Counted from the stretch's first letter, positions 27,640-41,288 are shown. The stretch: DNA of 64,000 bases from Octopus vulgaris (GCA_951406725.2 OX597815.1:34348001-34412000), one strand, 5' to 3'. A program made the numbers and translations. The notes: a model not told the origin generated them from the letters alone.

Positions 27640-27975
27640 TGGGCGACAGGATGAGATAATAGTGCATAAGATGTACTTGACGTGTCTGTCACTAATATGC
27701 AGTTTGTTAGTTCCGAAGAGGCATAAAGGTTATGCAAAAGGTGATTATTAACAACTATTTCTATTAAATTTGAGTTGCTGAAAGTGAGAGCGATTACTTA
27801 GTAGTTGGTGGGGGTCAACAAGGTTCCCTTGATGAGGTATGGGACACACGTTATAGCGTGTATTCAATGAACGGGTAGACTTTTATGGACAGGAAGAGTC
27901 GAGAGGTAGTGGAGAGATTGGCGTTGAAAGAAATTAGTGCGTCAGTGGACTATCTGAGGGTGAAATCTGAACGTG
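27640..27975 (-). mobile_element. heavily decayed LINE RT fragment
   Basis: Minus-strand pieces LSRLFLS, CPIPHQG, TNY, ALT and SDRH resemble the PIxKxG..NYRPIxLT region. Confidence 0.35.
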
Positions 27976-28122
27976 CTTCTCTCTCTCTCTCTTTCTCTCT
28001 CTCCCTTCTCTCTCTTTATCTCTGTATGTGCGTGTGTATGTATATGTGTATATATATATATACACACATACACACATATATACACACATATATACATATA
28101 TATATATACACACACACATATA

Positions 28123-28169
<47 letters not shown>

Positions 28170-29019
28170 CACACACATAAAGATATGCATACGCACGCAC
28201 ACACATATAGGTAGAAACGCATACACACACACATGTATACACGTTTGTGGTAGGTTTACTAAATGTCTAGTAAGACCATCAATCATGCTGATCCGACAGC
28301 TAGCCTAGCTCTCAGACTTTATGATAATTATTCTCATAGAAACATATTAGAAAGCTGTGTGAAAGCAACCGTGTTACAATTAGATTTATGGGGTCTAGAC
28401 TTACTACATAGCACCAATTCCACTTTGTAATTAAAACTATCAGTTTTATGGTGACAAGAGGAAAGTCACGATGGCCGATAAGAGACAGTGTCACAAGCTG
28501 TATACCAGACAAAACACTCAAGTTAATTATTCGGGGATGCCATCGGCATGTGTATCAACAGTTAAGTAATGAGTGGACATGTTTCGTGGAACTCATTAAA
28601 AGAATTAATTAGTGATTCTCATATTTTGACAACCTCCACTAGTATAGAAAAATCTGAGTTTTTCTAAGGAAGTATTGTTCCCCGATTGCTTTATTGTGCC
28701 CTGCACTCAGTCATGTATCCCACTAATTGCACTATACTTAAATGGATCATTAGAGGCAAAGAATTCCATGATCTACAAAGTTGTGTCATAATAATTCAAC
28801 AAAAAGAACAAACACTACATACATACACTTCACTGTTACACATCACTGGTCACAATTCGCTTTTGCATTGTTTTAGCCTTCACATGACGCCACCTCACTG
28901 GCTTGGCGAACAGGCCAACAATCCCTCCTGATCGAAAGGGGACCTGGAACAACATGAAATGAAGTGCTTTGCTGAAGAACACAACACGCTGGCAACCTTC
29001 TCAGTGATTATCAACTCAC

Positions 29020-29640
29020 TCGGTTATAGATACCTAGATACGTCCTGGATAAGGAGGTTAACACTAGAATAGTATACAGAAGGTTTGTGACAAAGCAAAC
29101 AGAGTGAACACATGGTACAGGATTGATAAATATCAGGGTGTAATGTTTGTAGAGGTCATACCCCATGGGGAACTAGCCCGTAGATTTAGGAAGGTTCTGA
29201 AGGACACCAAACTCAACGTTAAGATCATTGTAAAGCCAAAGAGCTCCATCAGACCACAGTTATGTAGTATGTACCTTTTGGATACTACATATACTAATGA
29301 GAACGGCATAGTATGTATGACTAACCCTGGAATTAATTGTAAAATTAGAAACTTAGTCTACAGCCTTAGGTGCATAGAAGGAGTGTGTAAGGACATAAAC
29401 ACGGTACACATTGGGGAGACCTCTCGGAGTATAGCGGAGAGACTGAACGTGAACTATTAAGAATATAGTGACCAGTCCTCCATAATCTATCAACATGCCA
29501 AAGAACAACATGGCGGCAGACTGGGCCAAGTTGACAACGGCATTTTGTCCAAGCATCCGAAAGACCATCAATTAGACAAATACAAGAGTACGTCCTCATA
29601 AATGAAATGTTACCAGTACTAAATAGGAAATATGCATAGA
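29020..29640 (+). mobile_element. Penelope-like element (Neptune-type) C-terminal Cys linker and GIY-YIG endonuclease remnant
   Basis: TWY..VMFVEVIPHGELARRFR..C..NCKIRNLVYSLRC..C..VHIGETSRSIAERL, then QHAKEQHGG; ends at (GATA)n. Confidence 0.8.
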
Positions 29641-29734
29641 AGGCAGAGATACCTCAATAGAATAAATACTACCCAAATAGTATACATGCATAGGTACATT
29701 AGTAAGTAGCGAGAGAAGTGGGTAAATAGGCAGA

Positions 29735-30485
<751 letters not shown>

Positions 30486-30860
30486 TCGATAGTCACTGAG
30501 ACGGCTCCAAAAGAGCAACGAAAGAGCTTTGATAAAAACAGAAAAAAATCGGAAAAAAATGGAATTGAATCAGTTTCTGTTTGTTAATTATATTGGCATC
30601 ATGTCTCTCCCTAGACACAGCAAAATTTGTTTCAACAGACGAATTCACATAAAGAATCTTGCAAACCAGATCCAAAACAGAAATAGACACACACATACGA
30701 ACATACACGCACATGTATATATATGTATATATATATGTGTATGTGTGTGTATATATGTATATATAATTAAAATTAAAATGAGGGTGAAAAATTGGATATT
30801 AATTTGATAACATCAGTTTAACACCAGTGGTCTAGCATATTAAAAAACCGAGGTATGTAA

Positions 30861-30916
<56 letters not shown>

Positions 30917-31298
30917 GGTTTGTATGATTGTGTATAGAGGGATTTATATTATTCAAAGGAATTCCAATTCTGTCTGCATTTTATGTTTCATTAATATTCT
31001 TAATAATATTAATGTAGAATATAGAATATATATATAGTATAAATAGTATGTACAGTAAAATTAAATGAAGTATTGATTGTCTTATTGAATAGATGAAATA
31101 TTGAATATAAAATTTGAAGGGACTAGTATACTTTCTTGCATTAAAACAGTCTTCAAGGTCCCAGGTTGTGACAGGATTGTTTCAACTGTGGTTGACTGGC
31201 TGTCTTTTGTCCTTTATATACGTTCCTGTGGACAGCAGTAGTAGTTGTTTGGCCTTTTTTTAGAAATGATGCCAAACCATTTTTCAATATATATATAT

Positions 31299-31339
<41 letters not shown>

Positions 31340-31343
<4 letters not shown>

Positions 31344-31614
31344 AGTATAAAGTGAGATAGGGGTTATGAGAGTAACCCACTACGGGATATCATTTATCCA
31401 ATATACTGCCAGTAAAGTACCCAGAGGGCTAATACATAAATGCTGAGAATTGCAATGCAATTAATTCATTTATTGTATTATATGGGCGAAGGTAAAATGT
31501 TTTACCTCAAATTCATAATACAAAATAAGAAAATGGAGGAATAGATTTCTTCAATCATCAACTTCCAGATAATTGGAAGTTGATGATTGAAAGAAATCTA
31601 TTCCTCCATTTTCT

Positions 31615-31620
<6 letters not shown>
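31340..31620. mobile_element. small TA-flanked element ending in a near-perfect hairpin (~46-bp arms)
   Basis: 31522-31567 is the reverse complement of 31574-31620 (one indel); its start TGAGATAGGGGTT..AACCCAC..GGGATA also occurs at ~21717-21770. Confidence 0.6.
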
Positions 31621-31674
<54 letters not shown>

Positions 31675-31681
<7 letters not shown>

Positions 31682-32174
31682 CGGGATCAGCCATCTGAAT
31701 GTGGCTAGGGACAGGGCGGGGTGGTGGGGGTGTTACTGATGCATTTAGCCCCAGGCGACTATCGACGTCACCAGAAGAGCCGACACCATCACGGTGTCCT
31801 TGCTAGCCTGCAAAGGGAGATCAGCCTCACCGAAGATACGGATGCTACACACGGACCGGTTTCGAGGTATTTGCCTCTTGTCAGCGCATGGCAAGCACCG
31901 TTCTTCGCTGAGAGACTTCCTGTACAGGCCAGATATATATAGATTTTCACAGTAACCACAGTCACTGGCGTAGAAAATCCGTTCGATAACAATAATAAAT
32001 CTCTGAGCGAGGTATAAACAGTAACTGCTCTATAATATAAGCGGGATCAGCCATCTGAATGTGGCTAGGGACAGGGCGGGGTGGTGGGGGTGTTACTGAT
32101 GCATTTAGCCCCAGGCGACTATCGACGTCACCAGAAGAGCCGACACCATCACGGTGTCCTTGCTAGCCTGCAAA
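31675..32174 (-). mobile_element. retrozyme-like element: 360-bp unit in 1.4 tandem copies containing a hammerhead
   Basis: 31675-31814 is identical to 32035-32174 (140 bp, period 360); hammerhead fold at 31838-31901 (-); abuts (TA)n. Confidence 0.75.
31838..31901 (-). ncRNA. type I hammerhead ribozyme motif (G8A variant)
   Basis: ACGG-TGCT-TGC-CATGCG-CTGACAA-GAGG-CAAATA-CCTC-GAAAC-CG-GTC-CGTGTG-T-AGCA-T-CCGT. Confidence 0.72.
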
Positions 32175-32417
32175 TGTTTGGAGGTGTGTAAATTTTATAT
32201 TATTTTCACCTTAATTTAATACTTGTATGAAAGTCAGTGTTAACAACGAAACATACAGCGCTCGAATTAATTAAACGTCGCCAGCAATTTTGGATCGATG
32301 GCCTTTTGAGTCGTTCAGTACTTCGATAACTGCAAGAAACGTCTCATACCATGATATTGCGTAAACGGCTATGCCTTTTACAATAATTAACGGTTACTTC
32401 TCGAATTTTATTTAGAA

Positions 32418-32928
32418 CTAGCAATATCGCCCGGCGTTGCTCGGGTTTGTAATGGAAATAACTATATAAGCATTTTTAGAGAGTTACTTTCCTTATAGAT
32501 GCCAATTCGGGCTTTCTTAGCCATTTCTGTTTTGGTGTCTTCGAGCCATGAAGTCGTTGTTCTAAAAGAACGCTGGTCTCCTTCACAACGCATTACGACG
32601 TTGATTTCTTTACACTCCCTTCCCCACAGCTTCACGAGGGAGGGAAGGGGGAGAAGCAAACAGGTGCAGCTGTGAGCGTGGACGCCAACTCCGCCGCCAT
32701 CGACACACGATGCATTTTATGCATTAAAATGGAATAAAAAATTATGTTAAATTATTTTTAAAATCGTAGACTCATCGTAGACGCGCGCTAATAGTCAGAC
32801 GGGCTCGATATGAATCACGACTATAAGATACCCGAATTTGGTTAAACTGCACCGCAAAATGTGGGAGTAGTTAGGAATCTAAATCGAAGGGGACAGACAG
32901 CATACAACCTCTCTTTTATATATAAAGA
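32418..32928 (-). mobile_element. non-autonomous Helitron
   Basis: Minus strand A|TC...CCCGAGCAACGCCGGG hairpin...CTAG|T, no TSD; ends shared with 52498-52893. Confidence 0.85.
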
Positions 32929-33127
32929 TATGTGCAAACGCTACTTATAGACGATACTTACGAAACCACATGCGGATGCATACAAACTACATCTATGTAT
33001 GTATGTATGTATATGTGAGAGAGCGAGCGCGAGCGAGTGAGTAAGAGTGTATGTAATTGTGTGTGTGAATATGAGGTAACATATAAATATATTATATATT
33101 ATGAAAACAATACACTGTAATATGTGT

Positions 33128-33159
<32 letters not shown>

Positions 33160-33689
33160 TGTATGTATGTATGTATGTATGTATGTATGCATGCATGTAT
33201 GTATGTATGTATGTATGTATGTATGTATGCATGTATGCATGTATGTATGTATGCATGTATGTATGTATGTATGTATGTGTATGTATGTATGTATGTATGT
33301 ATTTGTGTGCATATATATATATAGTCCTGTTAAAAAATACGCTAAAAAACGCACGCAGACACACACATTTATACATGCGCACACACATTCGAACGCATGC
33401 AGAAAGATGTTGAGAAACCATACATAGAATCTAAAATTAGCAGCTAGACTCACATGAATCAGGAACAGGTCTTTATTCTTATTTATAAAATGTATGGCTT
33501 CGCATCTAAAATATCGCCATTATCGTGAGAGAGGATTCGGCGTCCGTAACATAATCCACCAAATTATATGTAAATTTTTCATTTCCATTAAGGGACATGG
33601 TTAAGCGTATGCTTCTATGCGTTTTTGTGTGTGCACGCGCCTGAGTGCATATGCTTGTATATGTGTATGCATGTGCATATACGTGTACT

Positions 33690-34095
33690 CTTTAACTCTT
33701 TTAACTCTTTTACTTGTTTCAGTCATTTGACTGCGGCCATGCTGGAGCACCGCCTTTAGTCGAGCAAATCGACCCTCAAGACTTATTCTTTGTAAGCCCA
33801 GTACTTATTCTAGCGGTCCATTTTGCCGAACCGCTAAGTGACGGGGACGTAAACACACCAGCATCGGTTGTCAAGCAATTCTAGGGGGACAAACACAGAC
33901 ACAAAAACACATGCACACACACTTATATATATATACATATATACGACAGGCTTCTTTCAGTTTCCGTCTACCAAATCCACTCACAAGGCATTGGTCGGCC
34001 CGGGGCTATAGCAGAAGACACTTGCCCAAGATACCACGCAGTGGGACTGAACCCGGAACCATGTGGTTGGTTAGCAAGCTACTTACCACACGGCC
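33690..34095 (-). mobile_element. SINE family A, near-consensus copy
   Basis: Reverse complement of the 43961-44380 sequence. Confidence 0.92.
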
Positions 34096-34169
34096 AATAG
34101 TTAGAAAAGTATGAGACAGCGACCATGACTTTAGCAAGATCTCACAGACTTGTAGTATTGATGTGGTTA

Positions 34170-34401
34170 AGGCGGTGAGCTGGCAGAAACGTTAGCACGC
34201 CGGGCGAAATGCTTAGCGGTATTTCGTCTGCCGTTACGTTCTGAGTTCAAATTCCGCCGAGGTCGACTTTGCCTTTCATCCTTTCGGGGTCGATTCAATA
34301 AGTACCAGGTACGCACTGGGGTCGATGTAATCGACTGAATCCGTTTGCTTGTCCTTGTTTGTCCTCTCTGTGTTTAGCCCCTTTTGGGTAGTAAAGAAAT
34401 A
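34170..34401 (+). mobile_element. SINE family B, full length
   Basis: GGCGGTGAGCTGGCAGAAACGTTAGCAC...AGTAAAGAAATA. Confidence 0.92.
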
Positions 34402-34473
34402 GGTTGTCTCTGTATGCGTGTGTGTATGTGTGTGCTTGTGTCTGTGTATGAGAGAGAAAGAGAGAGAGAGAGA

Positions 34474-34512
<39 letters not shown>

Positions 34513-34881
34513 CAAGCGTGTGAGTGAGTATTTTTAATGCTTAGTCTAGACTGAATAGGTGAGGTAGTGTTTTTAAACTGGTTCTGTCGCAGTTTTTCTG
34601 TCATGTTGTCGACGTATGTGTTATCTTTGATGTGATTGTACTCGTATTGACAAAAACACTTGAACTTCCTTAGTAACAGAACTTTGAAACATGTTGAGTC
34701 TTCAAATGCCCGCCTGATTTTTTCATTCTTAGTATCTTTGTTCCATTGTAAAGATATGTTGAATGTGTGGCCTGTGATGATGGCACGTATTCTTTTTTCC
34801 TGGTTTTTGGTATTTTGTATTTTGGGGATCCAGACATAACTGGCATATTCTGTGATAAATTTAATATATTGTTTGTAGATT

Positions 34882-34980
<99 letters not shown>

Positions 34981-35644
34981 GACAAATTAGGTATCTGTGC
35001 ACTGTGTTACATTCTCCACTGTCTTTTGCGTCTATTGTATATGTTGGGGCGGTCTATGCAATTTATAGTGCTCTGTTTATTTGTTAAGTTGTAGGCTAAA
35101 TGTGATGGCAAAATGGTTGGTAACAAAGGAGCTGGTGGAATTCATATGTGAAGCTTTAAGCTAATTTTGCTAGGAAGTAGGTTTCTAGATGGTTAAAGAA
35201 AGAGTAAAATAGTTGTACAGTTACAAATTACATAATGTCAGAAAACTGTAACACTGGTGTCATCCGTGTGCGTAAAGGACGAATACATTTTAAAAAATGG
35301 TCGACAGCCGAATTGGTAGAATAATTGACAAAATACATATCTTGCAATCTTGAGATAAGTATTTCATATTTTAAGTTCAAAGTCGACTACTTTTCAAATT
35401 TCTGGCCTCACTAGCATAATTGCCCATCAAATTTCAGATCATGTTAATCGACTAAACCCACCTGCAAAGATCGCAGTTGTTATTTAGGTGTTGAGTACTT
35501 TATTTAGAAGTGACTTGTGCAAAAGGAAAACAATGTTTTGCAGATGTGGTTGATAAGGAAGTTGATGCTAGTTGTTTTTGTTTTTGAGGGAACTGTCAAG
35601 CTTTTCTTGTAAAATCTGTGTCAGTCGTGTTGAATCAATGTTGT

Positions 35645-36545
35645 GAAGGTAACACCAGCCTCGAAGACAACCCAAAGTCAGGGAAACTTCGGTTGTGGAA
35701 GAGGAAGCTTTACTTAAATGGTTGAACAGCGAAGCACAAACATTTGAACATTGTCGGCAGAAAGTGGTCCTCCACAAAGCACCATTAATCGACACCTCCA
35801 TAAGCTCGGCTTGTGAACAGAGGTTGTCGAGAAGCTCCGCATGAACTGACTAATAACCAGGCTCAACGACGTGTGAACAAAACAATTGCAGGCAAATCTT
35901 CGAGAACTGTAAATGTGGATGAAAAATAGATCTATTCTCGTGATCTTAATAATAGATATCGGTATCTTCGTTCTGACCAGACTTCAGAGCCTCTTGTCAA
36001 ACAAAGATGGTTTCAACGGAGGGTCATGTTAAGTGTTTGGTGGAATTTCGAGATGGTGTTGCATTTTGAGCTTGATCTAGAATGCCGTGCTGTGAACACT
36101 AAGAACTGCAGCGATTATATGATGCTTTGAAAGACCACTACTTGGCTCTGGCCAATCGAAGACGCCCAATCCTGCAGCATGACAATGCTTCAGCACTGCC
36201 AATGTGACCAAACGTAAACTCGAGGACCTTGAAGAGCTGGAAGTGCTGCCTCACCCTGCCTACAGTCCAACCCTTGCACCATCAGATTACAACGTTTTCC
36301 GAACCATAGCGTATTACCTGACGGAGGTTCAGCAATATGGCTGAGGTTGTAAACGGGTGCAGGGATTTTTTGCCTCTAAACCAGCTAAATGGTTTAAGTG
36401 TTGAATTGAGCTACTGGCACACTGATAGCAACAGAGAGTAGAATATGATTTTATATATTTTGATGGGTACATGCTTTTTCAATATAATTTGTTTGAACTA
36501 TTAATTAAAGCTTGGAATACTTGAAAAACGTTTGACTCAACCTGA
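35645..36545 (+). mobile_element. mariner, 3' part with right TIR
   Basis: EGNTSLED, DEK, VMLSVWWNF, QHDNA, PHPAYSPTLAPSDY; ends TTTGACTCAACCTGA-TA. Confidence 0.88.
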
Positions 36546-36876
36546 TATCCAAAACAAAACCGCTTGCAGAGAGGCAACGATCCACACTCCAACACGTACT
36601 TTTTTCTCTATTCCGATTTTATTTTACTTATTTCTTTATTGCCCACAATAAACATAGAGGGGACAAACAAGGACAGACAAAGAAAAACTGCGACAGAATC
36701 AGTTTAAAAACACTACCTCGCCTATTCAATCTAGACTAAGCATTAAAAATACACACTCACACGCGTGTGCAATCACGCAAACACACACACACTCTCTCTC
36801 TCTCATACACATACACATGCACACACATGCACACACATGCACACACACGCACGCGCGCACACACACACATACAGAG

Positions 36877-37189
36877 ACAACCGAAGTCTCCCCGACTTTG
36901 GGTTGTCTTCGCGGCTGGTGTTACCTTCCCTGAAACGTCTGAACCGAACCAGTTTTGCGCCACATTTTCTTTGGCAGTTCCTGTGCCTTTCAGATTTTTT
37001 TTGCAAATTTTTCACCACTCATTATTATCAAAGCTGATAAATAAAGAATAATGCTTATACGAAAACAAAAGATAAATAATTCAGCAACAATTGGACAACA
37101 CATTGAATCAACTTAATGATATAACATGGAGATACAAGTTGCCAAAAATTATCAATGAAAATCTGAAAAACACTTTTGACTCAGCCTGA
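36877..37189 (-). mobile_element. mariner, 5' part with left TIR
   Basis: Minus strand TA-TCAGGCTGAGTCAAA TIR; encodes [19 protein letters not shown] (HTH region). Confidence 0.82.
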
Positions 37190-38804
37190 TAAATTTTTTC
37201 TTCTTAGCTTAGTGATGATGCTTTGGTAACGTTATGAGTGTGAGACCATCATGAACGATTTGGGCTTGTCAAGTCTAATATTTTTGGCAATTTTGAAGTT
37301 TTAGCTGCCTTTTGTGAATTATGGGCTGTGAAAGACTTTTGAGCTTATGTGTTGAGTTGGTCTTTTTCACATGGGTAGACAGTTTATTTTATTTTTTTGT
37401 TATCTGTATAGCGGTCCTGTGAGTGGTGTTGAAAAACACCCGGCTGTCATGCCCCAACTGAAAGATTATCTGTTTAAGGTTGTGTTTCATTAGAGTAGAG
37501 CAAGTTTGAAGAGAAAGGTGGAGAGCGTAATGCAATAGGGCCAACGGGGAAGCTCTCAAAAATCTAAGAACTGAAAACTGATGGATGAATTCCAATATAA
37601 AGTACCGGATTTGAGAATGGGGGGAGCATGTGACAGCAATTTAGTAAAATAATTATAGAAGCTTTCTAAAACGTATCCTTCACAGTAACAGAAAGCAATT
37701 AAAATTACTTAACTGAAACAACTGACGCGATAAAAACAAATGATGAAGACAAAATAAAACTCAGCCTCAAGAAATTAAGCAAAAAAAGGAATAAAAAATA
37801 AACCAGAGAAATGCATAAATGGCAAGCATTTATAATCCAACAGACGCCTCAAAATAAACTGTAGCCCATTATATTAGATTTCATACCTGAATATTTCCTG
37901 CAGTCAAGCTCGATGCAGATAATAAGAAACACAAATATTTCAAGAACGGACGAAATAACCAACATTCTACTAAAACAACTGGAGTCTAAAGGAATTATTG
38001 CATTCTCCATTATCTTTTCTTCCTCAAGGCCAACAAAGCTGATTCAACGGACCTTAAAACTGGAAAATTTTGTGTAAAAGCTCAGTGCATACCGTAACAA
38101 AATCGTAAAAAAGGTTCAACCACATTTTTTTTTTCCAACTCACAACAGTGATTCAACACGACTGACACAGATTTTACAAGAAAAGCTTGACAGTTTCCAC
38201 AAAAACAAAAACAACCAGCATCAACTTCCTTATCAACCACATCTGCAAAACATTGTTTTCCTTTTCCACAAGTCACTTCTAAAAAAAGTACTCAACACCT
38301 AAAGAACAACTGCGATCTTTGCAGGTAGGTTTTGTCGATTAACATGATCTGAAATTTGATGGGCAATTATGTTAGTGGGGCCAGAAATTTGAAAAGTAGT
38401 CGACTTTGAACTTAAAATATGAAATACTTATCTCAAGATTGCAAGATATGTATTTTGTCAATTATTCTACCAATTCGGCTGTCGACCATTTTTTAAAATG
38501 TATTCGTTCTTTTCACACACAGATGACACCAGTGTTACAGTTTTCTGACATTATGTAATTTGTAACTGTACAACTATTTTACTCTTTCTTTAACCATCTA
38601 GAAACCTACTTCCTAGCAAAATTAGCTTAAAGCTTCACATATGAATTCCACCAGCTCCTTTGTTACCAACCATCTTGCCATCACATTTAGCTTACAACTT
38701 AACAAATAAACAGAGCACTATAAATTGCATAGACCGCCCCAACATATACAATAGACGTAAAAGAAGTGGAGAGTGTAACACAGTGCACAGATACCTAATT
38801 TGTC

Positions 38805-38873
<69 letters not shown>

Positions 38874-39240
38874 AATCTACAAACAATATATTAAATTTAT
38901 CACAGAATATGCCAGTTATGTCTGGATCCCCAAAATACAAAATACCAGAAACCAGGAAAAAAGAATACGTGCCATCATCACAGGCCACACATTCAACATA
39001 TCTTTACAATGGAACAAAGATACTAAGAATGAAAAAATGAGGAGGGCATTTGAAGACTCAACATGTTTCAAAGTTCTGTTACTAAGGAAGTTCAAGTGTT
39101 TTTGTCAATACGAGTACAATCACATCAAAGATAACACATACGTCGACACATGACAGAAAAACTGCGACAGAACCAGTTTAAAAACACTGCCTCACCTATT
39201 CAGTCTAGACTAAGCATTAAAAACACACACACACACACAC

Positions 39241-39322
<82 letters not shown>

Positions 39323-39452
39323 GCACACACACGCGCGCACACACATACACTCTCTCTCTCTCATACACAGACACAAGCAGACACACGCACACATACGCAC
39401 GCACACACACATACAGAGACACGCACACACAGACACACATACTCACAGAGGC

Positions 39453-39488
<36 letters not shown>

Positions 39489-39833
39489 AACTAAAGAATA
39501 ACAGCAGCATCGCTGACTTTATACGACCCAGACACTGCGCTGAGACGCATAGAAACAGCATTTATAGCACTCTAATTGAGTTTATCTTCATTGTGGCTGC
39601 AACAAGTTGTGGCCGCCACAATTTGTGACTTCAGCAAACATGTATTGAAAAAAATTGTCAGGTCAGCTCACTGCACCCTAAACACGAAACAGCGAATCAC
39701 TGGATGTTAGTTGCTCACATTGTGATTCTCAATAATGCGTTGATAAGCTCCGAATATAGCACCTAATTATTCAAGCAACTCTTCAGCCAGTGCAAGTGGC
39801 ATATAAATAAATACCCAAATATAATACTAAAGG

Positions 39834-40169
39834 CAAAGGTGGGCACCGTTAACCAATAAGTTAACTTCGATAACCGTTCATTAGTTAATTATTTCCTAAC
39901 GTAACGGAAATTATCGATAACCTGTTAACGTTAATTTTTATTTAAGAAAAAAAAATCAGTTTTTGCGGTAAAACCCACCTAAAAATACTTTTAAAAAGTG
40001 CCAAAATTATAAAATTTGTCAACTTCAACTAAATTGAAGTTAATGGAAGCTAATTAGTACGATAATGATTTCCAAAGTTTGCTACAAAGTTAAATCGCTG
40101 ACGTAAATGTTAACTTCGTTGATTAACGATTAACGGATTAACGGATTAACGGTTTGGTGCCCAGGTTTG
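39834..40169. mobile_element. hAT-like MITE
   Basis: TIRs CAAAGGTGGGCACC / GGTGCCCAGGTTTG; 8-bp TSD ACTAAAGG (39826-39833 / 40170-40177); subterminal TTAAC motifs. Confidence 0.85.
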
Positions 40170-40332
40170 ACTAAAGGTTACACTGGATAATGTAGTCCAG
40201 GATACACAATGGCCATTATTTGAATGTCATTAATAATGAGAATTCTCGATTATGGTGTCGAGTTAGAGCTAAGAAAGTAAACCGAGTAATGACGAGCTAT
40301 GTATCTTTTCAGTTGAAGCTAACCTAAGGATA

Positions 40333-40344
40333 AGCAGCAGCAGC

Positions 40345-40421
<77 letters not shown>
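40333..40421. repeat. (CAG)n microsatellite
   Basis: About 29 triplets with two TAG interruptions. Confidence 0.95.
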
Positions 40422-40423
<2 letters not shown>

Positions 40424-40699
40424 GTTCAAGAATTTGAACCTGGAGATCTCCATTTCCAGCGACTTCGAGGGCCACCTCCCAATGGTGTCGGGCGTCAACA
40501 AAGAGCCTTCGACTACAGCAAGACAACCAAAGTTGGTTTTTTTTTCCAAGATCTGGTGTCTCCCGCCCCTAAAGCCCTAGACCATCACCTAATCACCCTT
40601 ACCCGTCTTGTTGCTTAACAACAATAACAAGAACAGCAGCAGCAGCAGCAGATGTTTTCGAAGAAATAACTTTTGGATCGCATCAGAGTTGTGCAAAGG

Positions 40700-40905
40700 T
40701 CTGGCAGAATCGTTAGCACGCCGGGAAAATACTTAGCGGCACTTCGTCCGCCTTTACGTTCTGAGTTCAAATTCCGCCGCGGTTGACTTTGCCTTTCATT
40801 CTTTCGTGATCGTTAAAAACAGTACCAGCCGAACACTGGGATCGATGTAATCGACCTGTTCCCTTCCCCCAACTTGATGATCTTGAACTAAAATTTGAAA
40901 TCAAT
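40700..40905 (+). mobile_element. SINE family B, alternative-tail variant, diverged
   Basis: CTGGCAGAATCGTTAGCACGCCGGG..GACTTTGCCTTTCAT; tail AAAATTTGAAATCAATATT. Confidence 0.8.
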
Positions 40906-41288
40906 ATTCTGAATAATCGTATAATTAAATATAATGAAACCAAACAACGTACACGAGAAGATAGCGACATTACACATAAATATATTATAGTAGTAATTTC
41001 TTCGGAAATAGGCCACATGTCATTGTTCAGGCAAAGCAAACTGAGCCGGTAAACGTAGATCCTGTTGTCATTAGCGATAATGAGCTCAGTTGTGCAAGAA
41101 ATAGCCTCTTGTAGCGTAGACAGGTGTTGGGTGTAACGAGGGAGACGGTCCGCCCGAGGTGATGCTTTTATGGTGGTGGAACTTCTGGATCTACTGTATA
41201 AGATAGGAACAAGGGGGGAAAAAATCAGCGGCTGTCCCCGGAAGGTACACCCATTAGATATGCCACTGTCTTAAACACTATTCAGTAC

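Larger units (their letters stand above)
34531..39223. repeat. inverted duplication, ~1.1-kb arms (34531-35646 / 38140-39223)
   Basis: Arms are reverse complements with scattered substitutions; track ORFs 34374-34985 (-) and 38800-39153 (+) give nearly the same peptide. Confidence 0.93.

Noticed and set aside
28570-28602. Minus-strand TTAATGA-GTTCCAC-GAAACATGTC hammerhead-like string (similar GAAACAGCTGT at ~22925-22937)
   Set aside because: Core mismatches and no stem I; too weak to call.
31675-32174. LTR/TRIM interpretation of the 140-bp direct repeats
   Set aside because: No TG..CA termini or TSD, and no primer-binding site recognised; a partial tandem with a hammerhead fits better.
34374-34985. 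203-aa ORF repeated at 38800-39494, suggesting a gene pair
   Set aside because: Explained by the inverted duplication; anchored in (CA)n, frameshifted in the second copy, no recognisable domain.
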